This document shows positions 1 to 9,683 of a DNA stretch of 14,748 bases, one piece after another. The notes under the pieces were generated by a model. That model searched no databases and was not told the DNA's origin. It was given only the letters and a program-made list of their open reading frames with translations. The position numbers and the translations under genes are program-made. How positions within the stretch are numbered: position 1 is the first letter of the stretch; each line of letters begins with the position of its first letter. Source of the DNA: Verrucomicrobiota bacterium (lineage in GTDB: Bacteria > Verrucomicrobiota > Verrucomicrobiia > Opitutales > Coraliomargaritaceae); assembly GCA_039815375.1 (NCBI GenBank), contig JBCBZJ010000045.1, positions 1-14,748 on the forward strand. Reading direction: 5' to 3'.

Positions 1-2
1 AG

Positions 3-3000
3 ATGCGCCCGGAGCTCGATAGCGTTGTGGCAGAGGCCGGGTTTACCCACGGCGACATTATGGAGTCCTTCGGTTATGCCGCTGCAATGATGCACATGAA
101 CAGCATTCAGCAGCGCAACTTCCGGGGGCACGAGCGTCGTCGCCTGCTCAATGACCTGAAGAAGAGAAAGATCGAAGAGGGCACGCCGGATTACAAAAGT
201 GCAGTTGAGCGATTTGATAAGCTCTTTGGTCGCGCGCAGGCCGACCTCGCCCGTGGCCGTCTTGAGCTACGAACAAAGATGGAAGAGCTGGGCCTGGACC
301 CAAAGGTCCCGGAAAACGAGATCCGTGCCCGCAGCGCTCTTTATCAGGAGCGCATCGAGGCCTATTATGGAAAATTGAAGAAGCTGGATAAGCTGAGGAA
401 GAAACGCATCGGCGAACGGCCGCCGGGTCGGACGAAGAAGGATCGTGCCCGTATCCACAAAGAGATGCTGGCCAAGGAGAAGGCCGATCCCGAGCTGGTA
501 AAGCGCCGCGCTGAAATCGAGCGAGAGATGGCCTATTTCCTCCGCGAAGGAATCGAGACCTACAGCGGCTCGTCAACGCTCGACATTGTCGTCGTGCAGA
601 TGCAGATCGCCAAACTGAAGATGGGCCCGGCCCTGCTCGACCAGAATTTTACTTTGGCCGGTTCCCTGAGCGGACTGAAGAAGGAGCACATCGACTTCAT
701 GGTCCGCGACCAGTGCCTCATGATGGTTGAGCACGTCAATGGCTACTTCTATGGGCACGAACTTCCCTACAACTCGGGTAAAGCCCTTGCGAAGTATGCC
801 CAGAGAGCTTTGCTCGCGATGAAGATCAAGGGCGACCTCAACATTAAGGCACTCGTTGATGCCAGCGATATGTCCGACCCTGCACTTCGTCTCCATCGCA
901 TGTGTGAGCGTTTGATGGAGCAAAAGCCGAATCCTACAGGTTTCAACGATGTGCTTAGCAGCTTTACTCCGGAGGGAAATCCCGATGCAGGCCTTGTCGA
1001 ATTGATCAACGTCATCGAAAAAGTCGTGCCCGGGATGGAATACCAGAGCGACCGCGATAACTTCGAGCACCTGCCTAAGCTTAAGACGATGTCGGCTGAT
1101 GCAAACCCCTTCGAAGTGCGAAGATTCTTCCAGTATCACCGCTTCATCCGCCTGCGTGAAAACCGCGAAGTCGAAGAAAAAGTTCTGAAGCACGGTGGAG
1201 CCGAAGTGCTTGAGCAATACTGCAAGTCACGGATGACAGAAGTGCACACGGCGCTTCAGGAGATCGAGGAACGCTACGCACGCTACATGGAAATGGGCTC
1301 GACCTACGCGCCGAAGGACTGGCCGGAAGTCCTTCGTTTGGAGCGTTCGATTCATGGACTTAAACTGGTTTCCAGAAACGTGCCCGGTCAACCGCAGCCG
1401 GAGTGGGGTAAGATTGTGACCGGTCCGATGCAGAAGATGGAGCGGCGTCTGCAGGAGTTGAAGCAGACCAGACGCACCGACCTTGGGCCATTCAGCAGCC
1501 CTTACTATACAAGGCTCTGGCTTCAGATGAATCACTTGAAGTTGTTGATTACTTACTACGAAGAACAGCTCAAGAAGGCTGCCGAACTCAAGGTGAAGGA
1601 GGCGAAACTGACCGCGCTCAATCTCAGCGGGGTATGGACCTTCAAAAATGGTGACCAGAAGGGAAGGGCCAAGATCGAGCACAATGGGAGAGATATTAAA
1701 ATCTGGCTGACCTCCGATATTCTCACCGCCAAGGCGCCGCACTTCATCGTCGAAGGCACTTATCGCCGCGGTCATATTTTGGGCTACTGGACGGAGCTGC
1801 ACAGCCCGCCTCTTAAATTCAATGCCCGCAATCTAGCGCCTGCCAAGAATTGGAAAAACCGGGGCCTCTTTGTCGGCGATGTATCTATCGATCGCTCATT
1901 TATTAAACTGACGAATGCATCGACCGAGCTGCCGCGCAACGATGAGACAGGGCTGCGCTGGGCAGGCATGTTGCTCAATCCTGCCGGCGATGATGTGAGC
2001 GCACCGACTAACCTCGAAATCTTCAACGTGACCCAGCGCTCACTGCCGCAGAAGAAACCTGGTGAGGATTCGCCATCATCGCCGCGTCGCAAGATGGGTT
2101 CGGTCTATATAAAGCAATACGGGCCCGACGGCGGCCACGCCTCGACGCGTTTTGCGCTCTATACACCGGCAACTTATGGCACCTCGAAGCCGGATCTTGT
2201 GGCGAACGGCACGACCTTCAGTCCGAAGGAAGTCCTGCCCGGAACCTACGAGCTGGTGGTGCAACTCGGCAGTAAACTTGTCCGGAAAAACCTCTCTGTG
2301 AGGGCCGACGAGGTCACCACCTATTCACTGCCCGCGCTGGGCCAGCTCAAGCTCAAGCTTATCGACCACACTGGAAAAGAGTTTTACGATCCCAACTTCC
2401 TCCTACGCGTGGCGCGTAACAACAAGCCCATTGGTTGGGCCTCGGATACTCCCTTAAAGGTCGGAGCAGCGACCTACCAGATTACCATTCACCGAGGTGG
2501 CGGTCCGGTCGGCCGCGGCTCGTCCTACACCCGCGAGGTAACTGTGGCCGAGGGACAGGAAACACTCGTCACACTTCGATTCGGCGCTTTCCGTTTCGAT
2601 CTCACCGATGTCGACGGCAAGCCGAGCAAGGGCGCGCGTGTCGAGATAGAGTATGTCAGCGAAGACGGCAGCACCGGAGGAACCTTCAGCGAGATGTCTA
2701 GCGCCGACATTCCACTCATACCTGGGAAATACCGCTACAAAGCATGGCTGCAGCAGGGCGGTAGTCAGAGTGGCGAGGTTCAGGTTCTGCCGGCCGAATT
2801 GGAGAAGCAGTCTTCCGGGCTCGGCATGCTCAGCTTACTCGCGAACGGACGCCCGATCCGCAACAGCGACAAACACTCCATTATGCTGACGCCACTCAAC
2901 CCGCCCGGAGATTTTATCGTAGTGCACAATTTGAAACGTCCGCAGCTCTTCCCTGGCACCTACCGGGCCCAGCTTCTCGATCCCGAAGGGAAGTCATCCG

Positions 3001-3062
3001 AAAAACTCGAATTCACCGTCGAGTCCGGCAAGGCTGCCAACCTCGACTTCAAAATGAAGTAA
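3..3062 (+). CDS. Large hypothetical protein, probably 5'-truncated by the window edge; helical/coiled-coil N-terminal half and C-terminal beta-sandwich repeats (PEGA/carboxypeptidase-regulatory-like)
   Basis: 1019-aa ORF with host-like codon usage. K/E/R-rich helical N-terminus. C-terminal repeats 'LPGTYELVV', 'IPGKYRYKA', 'FPGTYRAQL' are typical of small beta-sandwich modules. No family confidently recognised. Confidence 0.8.
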   Translation: MRPELDSVVAEAGFTHGDIMESFGYAAAMMHMNSIQQRNFRGHERRRLLNDLKKRKIEEGTPDYKSAVERFDKLFGRAQADLARGRLELRTKMEELGLDPKVPENEIRARSALYQERIEAYYGKLKKLDKLRKKRIGERPPGRTKKDRARIHKEMLAKEKADPELVKRRAEIEREMAYFLREGIETYSGSSTLDIVVVQMQIAKLKMGPALLDQNFTLAGSLSGLKKEHIDFMVRDQCLMMVEHVNGYFYGHELPYNSGKALAKYAQRALLAMKIKGDLNIKALVDASDMSDPALRLHRMCERLMEQKPNPTGFNDVLSSFTPEGNPDAGLVELINVIEKVVPGMEYQSDRDNFEHLPKLKTMSADANPFEVRRFFQYHRFIRLRENREVEEKVLKHGGAEVLEQYCKSRMTEVHTALQEIEERYARYMEMGSTYAPKDWPEVLRLERSIHGLKLVSRNVPGQPQPEWGKIVTGPMQKMERRLQELKQTRRTDLGPFSSPYYTRLWLQMNHLKLLITYYEEQLKKAAELKVKEAKLTALNLSGVWTFKNGDQKGRAKIEHNGRDIKIWLTSDILTAKAPHFIVEGTYRRGHILGYWTELHSPPLKFNARNLAPAKNWKNRGLFVGDVSIDRSFIKLTNASTELPRNDETGLRWAGMLLNPAGDDVSAPTNLEIFNVTQRSLPQKKPGEDSPSSPRRKMGSVYIKQYGPDGGHASTRFALYTPATYGTSKPDLVANGTTFSPKEVLPGTYELVVQLGSKLVRKNLSVRADEVTTYSLPALGQLKLKLIDHTGKEFYDPNFLLRVARNNKPIGWASDTPLKVGAATYQITIHRGGGPVGRGSSYTREVTVAEGQETLVTLRFGAFRFDLTDVDGKPSKGARVEIEYVSEDGSTGGTFSEMSSADIPLIPGKYRYKAWLQQGGSQSGEVQVLPAELEKQSSGLGMLSLLANGRPIRNSDKHSIMLTPLNPPGDFIVVHNLKRPQLFPGTYRAQLLDPEGKSSEKLEFTVESGKAANLDFKMK

Positions 3063-3064
3063 GC

Positions 3065-4810
3065 ATGAAAACAGCACCTCGTCTCATTCTCATTTTTGCC
3101 GCACTGACACTCCTCGCGCCATTGCTTCAAGCGGATACCTTCTGGTTACGCCGTGAATCGAATCCCGGCGGCCAACCGACGATCCATCCGGAGAGTCAGG
3201 CCATGCTGATTGAAAAATTAGGTGAGGACCCGTCCTATGATTTGACCATACCGAATACCAATATCACCTATTCAACTTTGTATGGTCGTCTGCTTGGTTT
3301 AATCGAAGGGGAGCAGGTGGGCGATTCAGGATTTTCGAATGATACCCTGATCGTTCAATTCACCCGCGTGTCCGGCGAGGAGGTGGGCAACCCGATCCAA
3401 ATGCCAATGATCCACCTCTACCCGGGCGATGAAGAGTTCGACACGCTCTGGGATTTTAAACGCTTCTTCGGGAGCATTGAGTCAAGTTTTGAAACTGAGT
3501 TCGGAAGTGAAATTTTCGATATGGTACTCTACGGCATCCTCGATCCTAGTGGTGATCTCGGGCTCAATACATTGGGTGCGGCCATCAATCTGCCGGATGA
3601 TTTTGTCCATGGCTGGCTCACGCATTACGCTTACTTCGGGAATGATTACTTGCCCACCGCGACCGACCCCTTGGGCACTGACGCAGTGAACGCCTTCAAC
3701 GAAGTCATGCTCGACCCCGTCGAGATAATCTTTCAACTGGCGCGCGACACGAAATTCGGCATCTACGAGCCCGGCGTGCGTGAGCGCGTGATTCATCTCA
3801 TCGGCCTGCTTGTCGAACTTGATTACATTGATCCGTCGAAAGTGGTCGACCCGACACTCGCAGTCCGCGCCACGCGGCTCCGCGACCTCGGCGCGCGTTC
3901 GAGCATGATGTCGTTTCAAGCCTTCAATAGTGAGGATAGCAAAACGACACGTCGCGCGCACTGGGGCGGCCGGGCGACGAGTCGGGAAGAAAATGCAGCA
4001 GCCATGTGCGAAGTGGTGCTGGCCAATCTCGAGATATTTTCAAAGCGCGGATCGTCGCTCATGAAGGACTTGATCAACGCCGGCAACGGAACGGTCGAAG
4101 CACTGAATATACCGTCAGCGCTCTGCCGTGACGACGCCCTTGAAGCCTATTTCAAGCTCCTCGATGTTCCCGTGCTGACCGGTGATCCAGAGGTTGACCA
4201 GTTGCTTCAGGAAAATGCCCGCTACCGTCGCGGATTTGCCCGCGGAGCGCTCCTTCATAATAATCTAAATGATGATGCCGGTTTCACTGCCCGAACGCGT
4301 GAAGCATTTAATCGCATCGGCTACGGCACCACCGCCGAAGTGAAAGACATTGTCGATGACCTGAATTTCTTTCTCCCCAGCCAATATGCGGTGGAGTTTG
4401 AGTCCGGTATCCGCGAGTTACCGATGATCGAATTTGATGCCCCGTTCATCCCGCCCACGTTCACGCCGACTACGGAACTCCGGGCGCTGGAACTCGAGGG
4501 CGTTGACAGTGGTTTGTATTCCGAAGGGATGTCCGACGAATTCTTCATTCAGGAGCTGCTCTGGTTGGTCAAGGACATCTACTTCAACTTGCCGCCGGAT
4601 GCTCCAGGCCGCGACGGAAAGATCAACATCGTCAAGACCTGGCGGCAAAAGCACCTCGATGATTTTCAGACATTTTTAGACGGTGGCGGCATTAGCTTTC
4701 CGGGGGAGACTCCCGAACTTAGTGCTGAGCAGGAATTCTTCCGTCACGCGTTGACTGATGGCTGGAAGGTAGGCGGAGGCGGAGGTAGCGTTCCGGATGT
4801 AGAAGGTTAA
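3065..4810 (+). CDS. Hypothetical secreted acidic protein
   Basis: 581-aa ORF starting 2 nt after the ORF1 stop. Signal peptide MKTAPRLILIFAALTLLAPLLQA|D. D/E-rich. Confidence 0.8.
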   Translation: MKTAPRLILIFAALTLLAPLLQADTFWLRRESNPGGQPTIHPESQAMLIEKLGEDPSYDLTIPNTNITYSTLYGRLLGLIEGEQVGDSGFSNDTLIVQFTRVSGEEVGNPIQMPMIHLYPGDEEFDTLWDFKRFFGSIESSFETEFGSEIFDMVLYGILDPSGDLGLNTLGAAINLPDDFVHGWLTHYAYFGNDYLPTATDPLGTDAVNAFNEVMLDPVEIIFQLARDTKFGIYEPGVRERVIHLIGLLVELDYIDPSKVVDPTLAVRATRLRDLGARSSMMSFQAFNSEDSKTTRRAHWGGRATSREENAAAMCEVVLANLEIFSKRGSSLMKDLINAGNGTVEALNIPSALCRDDALEAYFKLLDVPVLTGDPEVDQLLQENARYRRGFARGALLHNNLNDDAGFTARTREAFNRIGYGTTAEVKDIVDDLNFFLPSQYAVEFESGIRELPMIEFDAPFIPPTFTPTTELRALELEGVDSGLYSEGMSDEFFIQELLWLVKDIYFNLPPDAPGRDGKINIVKTWRQKHLDDFQTFLDGGGISFPGETPELSAEQEFFRHALTDGWKVGGGGGSVPDVEG

Positions 4811-4870
4811 GCCTGCGCTCGTTGACATTTCGGGCGTGCATTTCTCTGGCCTGCGGGTTGACTCTTTCAA

Positions 4871-5302
4871 ATGGAAGAAATTCTTCAGACTATCCCGCAC
4901 CGCCCACCTTTTTTGTTTATCGATGAGATCGTCGAAGTCCGTGAGGACGGCGCTACCTGCAAACGCACCATCCGTATGGAGGAGCCTCAATTCGAGGGGC
5001 ATTACCCCGGCAACCCGATTATGCCCGGCGTGCTGCTCTTTGAGGCCTGCTTTCAAACCGGAGCCGTCTACCTCGCCAAACAGATTGAGAAGGAAGGTCG
5101 CTCGCTCAACGATGTCACACCGGTTCTCTCGCGTATCGGCGACGCCAAGTTCAAGCAAATGGTCAAGCCTGGCGATGAGATCACGATTGACGTCACGATG
5201 AAGGAAACGGTTAGCAAGTTCCACTTCCTGAAAGGTAAGGTCCTCAAGGAAGGAAAGCCCGCGCTGACCATCGAGTTTGCCTTGGCAATGATCGAGGAAT
5301 GA
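4871..5302 (+). CDS. fabZ: 3-hydroxyacyl-ACP dehydratase (FabZ/FabA hotdog family)
   Basis: Motifs IPHRPPFLFID and FEGHYPGNPIMPGVLLFEACFQ, plus 'AKFKQMVKPGD'. Confidence 0.9.
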   Translation: MEEILQTIPHRPPFLFIDEIVEVREDGATCKRTIRMEEPQFEGHYPGNPIMPGVLLFEACFQTGAVYLAKQIEKEGRSLNDVTPVLSRIGDAKFKQMVKPGDEITIDVTMKETVSKFHFLKGKVLKEGKPALTIEFALAMIEE

Positions 5303-5512
5303 GTCCGAAGGCACTCAGACTAACAGGGAGAGCTCTCATCAAGGCTCTTAAAAAACATGGGTTTGAGGTCTCTCGGATCAAAGGCAGTCACCACTTTATA
5401 AAGCATAATGACGGTCGCGCGCCGTCATTCCAGTGCATCGAGGCAAACGTTGGGTCCAGGTTTGCTCTCAAAGATTTTGAAAGACTGCGACATTACTAAC
5501 ACAGACCTATAA
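5299..5512 (+). pseudogene. hicA: HicA-family mRNA interferase toxin with two single-base frameshifts; no hicB adjacent
   Basis: Frame 1 gives LIKALKKHGFEVSRIKGSHHFIKHNDGR. A shifted frame gives AVIPVHRG, and a second shift gives [21 protein letters not shown] (TAA 5510-5512). Together these rebuild a canonical HicA. Confidence 0.85.
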
Positions 5513-5513
5513 A

Positions 5514-6317
5514 ATGAGTTTCTTAAATCTAGAAGGTAAGCGTTTCCTCGTCATGGGCGTTGCCAATCGCAAAAGCGTGGCCTGGGCCATTACGAAGTCG
5601 CTCGAAGAGGCGGGTGCCGAAGTCATCCACAGCGTGCGTTCCGAAGCACGCCTCGAGAGCCTGCAAAAACTCCTCGTCGACCGGAAGGCTTACCTCTGCG
5701 ATGTCGAATTTCCGGAGCAGATCGCCGCGCTGGCCGAACAGGTGGAGACTGATTACGGCTCGCTCGACGGGATCGTTCATTCGATCGCCTTCGCCAACTA
5801 CTCCGAGGGCTTCAAGCCCTTTCATGAAACAGTCCGCAAAGACTTTCTGCAGGCTACTTCGATTTCCGCTTTCTCACTCGTTGAAGTGGCCAATGCTTTT
5901 AAGCCGATACTCAATAACGAGGCCTCGGTTGTCTCGATTGGTATTTCATCGACCGACGTGACGGCTGAGAACTACGGCTACATGGCGCCAATCAAGGCGG
6001 CGCTGGAAACCTGTTCCTACAATCTCGCCAAGTCCTTCGGCGCCGATACCCGTGTGCGGTTCAACACCGTCAATGCTGGTCCGCTCAAGACCAGTGCTTC
6101 CGCCGGCATACCAGGTTATCTGGAGAGCTATCTCTATGCCGAGAAGCTCACCTTCCGAAAGCAGAATCTGACCACGCAGGAAGTCGCCAACACCGCCGTT
6201 TTCTTGCTCAGCCCTGCATCCAGCGGGATTAATGGGCAGGGCCTCGTCGTTAACGCAGGTATGGACCGAAACTACTTCGACAAAGAAGTGGTTAAGCTGG
6301 CGATGCGGCCTGAGTAG
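5514..6317 (+). CDS. fabI: Enoyl-ACP reductase (FabI-type SDR)
   Basis: [19 protein letters not shown], catalytic YGYMAPIK and AGPLKT motifs. Confidence 0.9.
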   Translation: MSFLNLEGKRFLVMGVANRKSVAWAITKSLEEAGAEVIHSVRSEARLESLQKLLVDRKAYLCDVEFPEQIAALAEQVETDYGSLDGIVHSIAFANYSEGFKPFHETVRKDFLQATSISAFSLVEVANAFKPILNNEASVVSIGISSTDVTAENYGYMAPIKAALETCSYNLAKSFGADTRVRFNTVNAGPLKTSASAGIPGYLESYLYAEKLTFRKQNLTTQEVANTAVFLLSPASSGINGQGLVVNAGMDRNYFDKEVVKLAMRPE

Positions 6318-6332
6318 GCAATTGCTGAAATG

Positions 6333-6357
6333 GTAGGGACGCATGCCCCATGCGTTC
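6333..6357 (+). repeat. GTAG-type REP-like palindrome between convergent genes
   Basis: GTAG-GGACGCAT-gcccc-ATGCGTTC: a GTAG tetranucleotide followed by an 8-bp stem with one G-T pair. Single copy in the window. Confidence 0.5.
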
Positions 6358-6381
6358 GCTTCGCTTGTTGCGCCTGCGGCC

Positions 6382-7956
6382 TTACGGAGCAGCCAGTCGA
6401 TACGTGCTCTTTGTGGAAAAGACTTTACCGTATTTATCCGTAATCCGGACTATGATCGGGTAAGTCCCTGCCTTCATACTGGAAGGCAGCGTTGCTTGCC
6501 AGAGGTTTTTGCATTCGTCTGGATGCGGGAGTGTGTAGAGCGCAGGCGAATCGGACTCGTCGGCGAGAAGGCGTTCCAGCGTATAGCGGGGTTCGGTTTG
6601 CCCTCTTGTGTAGCGCATATTCTTCCAGCCTCTGTCGCCGACTTTGAACTCGGCCTTTGCATCTTCCGAACCTCCAAAAAAAGTCGCCGAAAGCCGTGCA
6701 TTTGGCCAGGGGACCTTGCCTACCACTTTAGGGTGAAACAGCTGGACACGGTTTTCCAGAGCCTGTCCGATGATTTTGTATTCGGTGCTGTATTGGTTGC
6801 CGTCGAAATGAACATAGACGTAGCCTCGCGGTGTTCCGTCGCGCATGGTGCTGAGCGGAATTCCATCGGGCCCAAAAGGACCGCCCCACCATGAGCCCGA
6901 GGTCGTGCCGACATTGAAATGATGATGCGGCTCCTTGTGTTTCCAGCCGTAGTCCTCACCGAAGAAATAGTGTTCGCTGCGGTGGGTGTGGCCGGAGAAT
7001 GAAACGAAGTTTGGATGATTCTCAAAGAGCTCGAAAAACTCCTCGCGTTGTTCTGCGAGGAAGGTTGTTCCAAATTGATTCTCATTGAAGAGAGGAATAT
7101 GGACGAATAAAACGATAAGTGCGTTCTCCGGCACATGCTCTAGATAATTGCCGACAAACTCGATCTGCGTATCAGTAAATCCGCCGACATATCTTTTCTT
7201 GGTGAAGGTCTGCGGGAAGTGAACGTTGTCGATGTTAATGAAGTGGACGCCTCCGCTTTGGAAAGCGTAGCTCGCAGGGCCAAAGACGCGCTCGAAAGTT
7301 TCATCAGCCAGCGCGTCAGTCTCGGCATCGAAGTTCATGTCGTGGTTTCCGTAGACATTATACCAAGGAATGCCGATCTCGGCGACACCTGCATTTAGGG
7401 GAGTATAAAGCTCCAAACTGTCATCCACAATATCACCAAGCGTCACTCCGAAACGAAAGCCTTTCACCCCGATCAGTTCCTTCACAGCACTATCCAGAAA
7501 ATAGCCGACCTCTCGCGCAGTCTTCGGTTGTGGGTCTCCGAAGAGGATGATGGAGAACTTCTCGCTTTCCGCAGTGCGGTAAAGCGGAAAGTCGACGGAC
7601 TCCGGCAGGGGTCCAGTTGGTTCGACGCCCGCATAGTTCAACTTGGGCGAACCTGCCGGCTTGTGCATGTAGTAGCCGCGAGGAAGATTCAGCTCATCAA
7701 TATGCACCTGAAACCCAGTCGGTTTGATTACGAAAATAATGGTATCTTCTGAAACTGGGAGCTCGTAGCGGCCCTCACTGTCGGTCGCAACGATTTCGAC
7801 CCCGTTGGAAACAAGCACACTTTCAAGACCAGGCTCTCCTTTGTCATGCTGTTGGTTGGCGTTCAGATCCTCAAACACGAGCCCGGTGGCGGTAGCGCCT
7901 ATCAGACCCGATAGAGAAAGGATCAAGGGAAGCGTGAATAAAAGATATCGTCTCAT
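6382..7956 (-). CDS. Secreted calcineurin-like metallophosphoesterase with N-terminal beta-sandwich domain
   Basis: Signal peptide. 'GLVFEDLNAN...GEPGL' N-domain. Metallophosphoesterase motifs GDPQ, GDIVDD, GNHD, HIP, GHTH. Confidence 0.9.
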   Translation of the reverse strand: MRRYLLFTLPLILSLSGLIGATATGLVFEDLNANQQHDKGEPGLESVLVSNGVEIVATDSEGRYELPVSEDTIIFVIKPTGFQVHIDELNLPRGYYMHKPAGSPKLNYAGVEPTGPLPESVDFPLYRTAESEKFSIILFGDPQPKTAREVGYFLDSAVKELIGVKGFRFGVTLGDIVDDSLELYTPLNAGVAEIGIPWYNVYGNHDMNFDAETDALADETFERVFGPASYAFQSGGVHFINIDNVHFPQTFTKKRYVGGFTDTQIEFVGNYLEHVPENALIVLFVHIPLFNENQFGTTFLAEQREEFFELFENHPNFVSFSGHTHRSEHYFFGEDYGWKHKEPHHHFNVGTTSGSWWGGPFGPDGIPLSTMRDGTPRGYVYVHFDGNQYSTEYKIIGQALENRVQLFHPKVVGKVPWPNARLSATFFGGSEDAKAEFKVGDRGWKNMRYTRGQTEPRYTLERLLADESDSPALYTLPHPDECKNLWQATLPSSMKAGTYPIIVRITDKYGKVFSTKSTYRLAAP

Positions 7957-8136
7957 GGCTTCAATGAATTGGATTAGACTGAACGCCGCCTCCTCAAAAA
8001 GGCAAGACGGCTCGCGACAGAAACAAAGATTGGTTCAGGCCTATTCCGAATCGGAGCAGATTTTTAGCCGGGCTACGAATTCCGTTCTAATTTCTGATTC
8101 TTATAGCCATGAGACTGTGCAAAAATTTTACTTCTT

Positions 8137-8195
8137 CTCTAACAAATGAAAAGTACCACTTTGTCGGTTAGCTCGTGTTTTTGGAGTGGTTCTGT
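8137..8195 (-). repeat. Degenerate attC-like site
   Basis: Minus strand: a stop TAA overlapping ACAGAAC-cactc...-GTTAGAG, 59 bp. Internal pairing is weak. Confidence 0.4.
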
Positions 8196-8221
8196 TATTC
8201 TTCAGCTTGTTCGAATCTGTA

Positions 8222-8323
8222 TTACAGGGTCGACCTGACCTTCCCGCTCTTCTTCAGGATGCACGCTTCGTGGGAGTTATCGCCGGAGTCGATTCCAACA
8301 GTGTCCGTGTTTGTTTTTGTCAT
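8222..8323 (-). pseudogene. IS110-family transposase N-terminal stub (33 aa)
   Basis: MTKTNTDTVGIDSGDNSHEACILKKSGKVRSTL* resembles the RuvC-like DEDD N-terminus of IS110 transposases (T-I/V-G-I-D-L-G-D...H..C-V/I-L...G). Not in the ORF track. Confidence 0.8.
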
Positions 8324-8391
8324 AAGGCATCTAGCTTAAGAGCCGTTCGCCTCAGGGGCGAGACTCACTGCTACGCCTTCACATTCCTACT
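8222..8391 (-). mobile_element. Left end of an IS1111-type (IS110 family) insertion sequence, truncated, inserted in an attC site
   Basis: Minus strand: attC arm TATGAACC, core AG, then TAGGA-ATGTGAAGGC (sub-terminal IR 8375-8384), leading to a transposase stub. The IR is the perfect inverted complement of GCCTTCACAT in the right end at 14493-14502. Confidence 0.8.
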
Positions 8392-8406
8392 GGTTCATAT
8401 ATTTCT

Positions 8407-9060
8407 TTAAAAGAATTCTCGAGGTTCCTGCTGAGTGGAACCGTTGGTCAAGCGAATTTCACTATCTATATAACCACTATTAACACCAGTGTATGTGATT
8501 GTGGCTTCTTCGGCTTCGGGTGCGGGCTGACCAAAAGTGCTAGCAAAAGACAGTGGTGAGCCGTTAAATCCAAAGTCGGGTATTATGTAGCGTGTGATGT
8601 TCGCTACTAAAGTGACGGTATTAAAATCAGAATTAGAAACGGTCCATGACCAAGTTCCTTCCGTGATAATTTCTATTCCCTCAGATGATCCACGAAGTGA
8701 GAAACTGCCGTTGGTCAAATAGGTGCCAGGTTCGATTAGAAAGCCATCTCCAAAGATTTGATCAGCTAGACTTTTATTGATTTCGACGTCTGAGAAAACG
8801 TCTTCGATCACTAAACGGTAAAAGGTCGTCGTCTCATTCCTTTCACGTGTGATTTCTTTGGTTCCGTCGTCACCTCTGTGTTTCGAACCGACTTTTCGCC
8901 ATTCACTTAAATCGTAAGATTCATATAGCTGATAAGACTTTTGTTCGTTTGATGTGTACCTTAACTCGATACCATTAACCGTGCTTTCGATTAATAACGA
9001 GCAGTATAGGGGATGCAAAATTGCCAGCAGCAGTATCGAAGAGAGTGTGCGTTGTTTCAT
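8407..9060 (-). CDS. Cassette: hypothetical secreted protein (217 aa)
   Basis: Start reassigned to MKQRTLSSILLLAIL, because the upstream ORF extension runs through the attC. N-terminal beta module 'YQLYESYDLSEW...TFYRLVIE'. Confidence 0.8.
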   Translation of the reverse strand: MKQRTLSSILLLAILHPLYCSLLIESTVNGIELRYTSNEQKSYQLYESYDLSEWRKVGSKHRGDDGTKEITRERNETTTFYRLVIEDVFSDVEINKSLADQIFGDGFLIEPGTYLTNGSFSLRGSSEGIEIITEGTWSWTVSNSDFNTVTLVANITRYIIPDFGFNGSPLSFASTFGQPAPEAEEATITYTGVNSGYIDSEIRLTNGSTQQEPREFF

Positions 9061-9067
9061 TTTCTTT

Positions 9068-9124
9068 TGTGAATGTGGAGATGGAGCGACGGCGCTAGCC
9101 GTTGCTCCGATCAATTGGTTCTGA
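9068..9124 (-). repeat. attC site (R' core altered to ATT)
   Basis: Minus strand: TCAGAAC caatt GAT(C)GGAGCAACGGC tagc GCCGTCGCTCCATC tccac ATTCACA. Confidence 0.85.
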
Positions 9125-9676
9125 TTAGTTTTCTTCGATGTTGATATTGTAGTCTTTTAGCCGAAATACCTCGGTGAAGATTCCATGGACAAAATCGGAC
9201 TGTTTTTTGCTTTTTATTTCGAAAGAACCTTCAATTGAAGTGAAAAAGTTTACAGTTTCCCCATTCGATGCAGTTCCTTTTTCTTCATTCAATTTGAATA
9301 CTACGTTCCATTCTTTCAGATAATCCTGAAGCCTCTCTTCTTCTTCAGCGCTGATGAATCTGGATAGAGTGTACCCATCGGTATTCGAGATTTCGTTTAC
9401 TTCATTGGTTTCAATTATTCCGACAAAAGCGTTTTCTGTCAGATCGTATCTCGAAATTGGGAAATCGACGAAAATGCTTTGGTCCGTGTATGTAGCAAAT
9501 TGAACATAGTTCTGAGTTGGAAGTGCCTCGATGATGACGAAGGAATCATCATTAGTTCTTTTTTTTAGCTCTGAAAGTGCCTGAGCTATCGGATCACTAC
9601 TTACGCCTTCGTTATCGGTGCAACCAAGAAATTGGATGCTTAGTGAAGCTAAAAGTAGCTGGATGAGTTTTCTCAT
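9125..9676 (-). CDS. Cassette: hypothetical lipoprotein
   Basis: MRKLIQLLLASLSIQFLG|C lipobox-like signal. Stop directly abuts the attC. Confidence 0.8.
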   Translation of the reverse strand: MRKLIQLLLASLSIQFLGCTDNEGVSSDPIAQALSELKKRTNDDSFVIIEALPTQNYVQFATYTDQSIFVDFPISRYDLTENAFVGIIETNEVNEISNTDGYTLSRFISAEEEERLQDYLKEWNVVFKLNEEKGTASNGETVNFFTSIEGSFEIKSKKQSDFVHGIFTEVFRLKDYNINIEEN

Positions 9677-9683
9677 TACTTGC

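Noticed and set aside
4822..4860. sigma70 promoter for fabZ from TTGACA
   Set aside because: No credible -10 hexamer at the proper spacing.
148..7752. Numerous antisense and alternate-frame ORFs overlapping the large genes
   Set aside because: Shadow ORFs of GC-rich coding sequence with no motifs.
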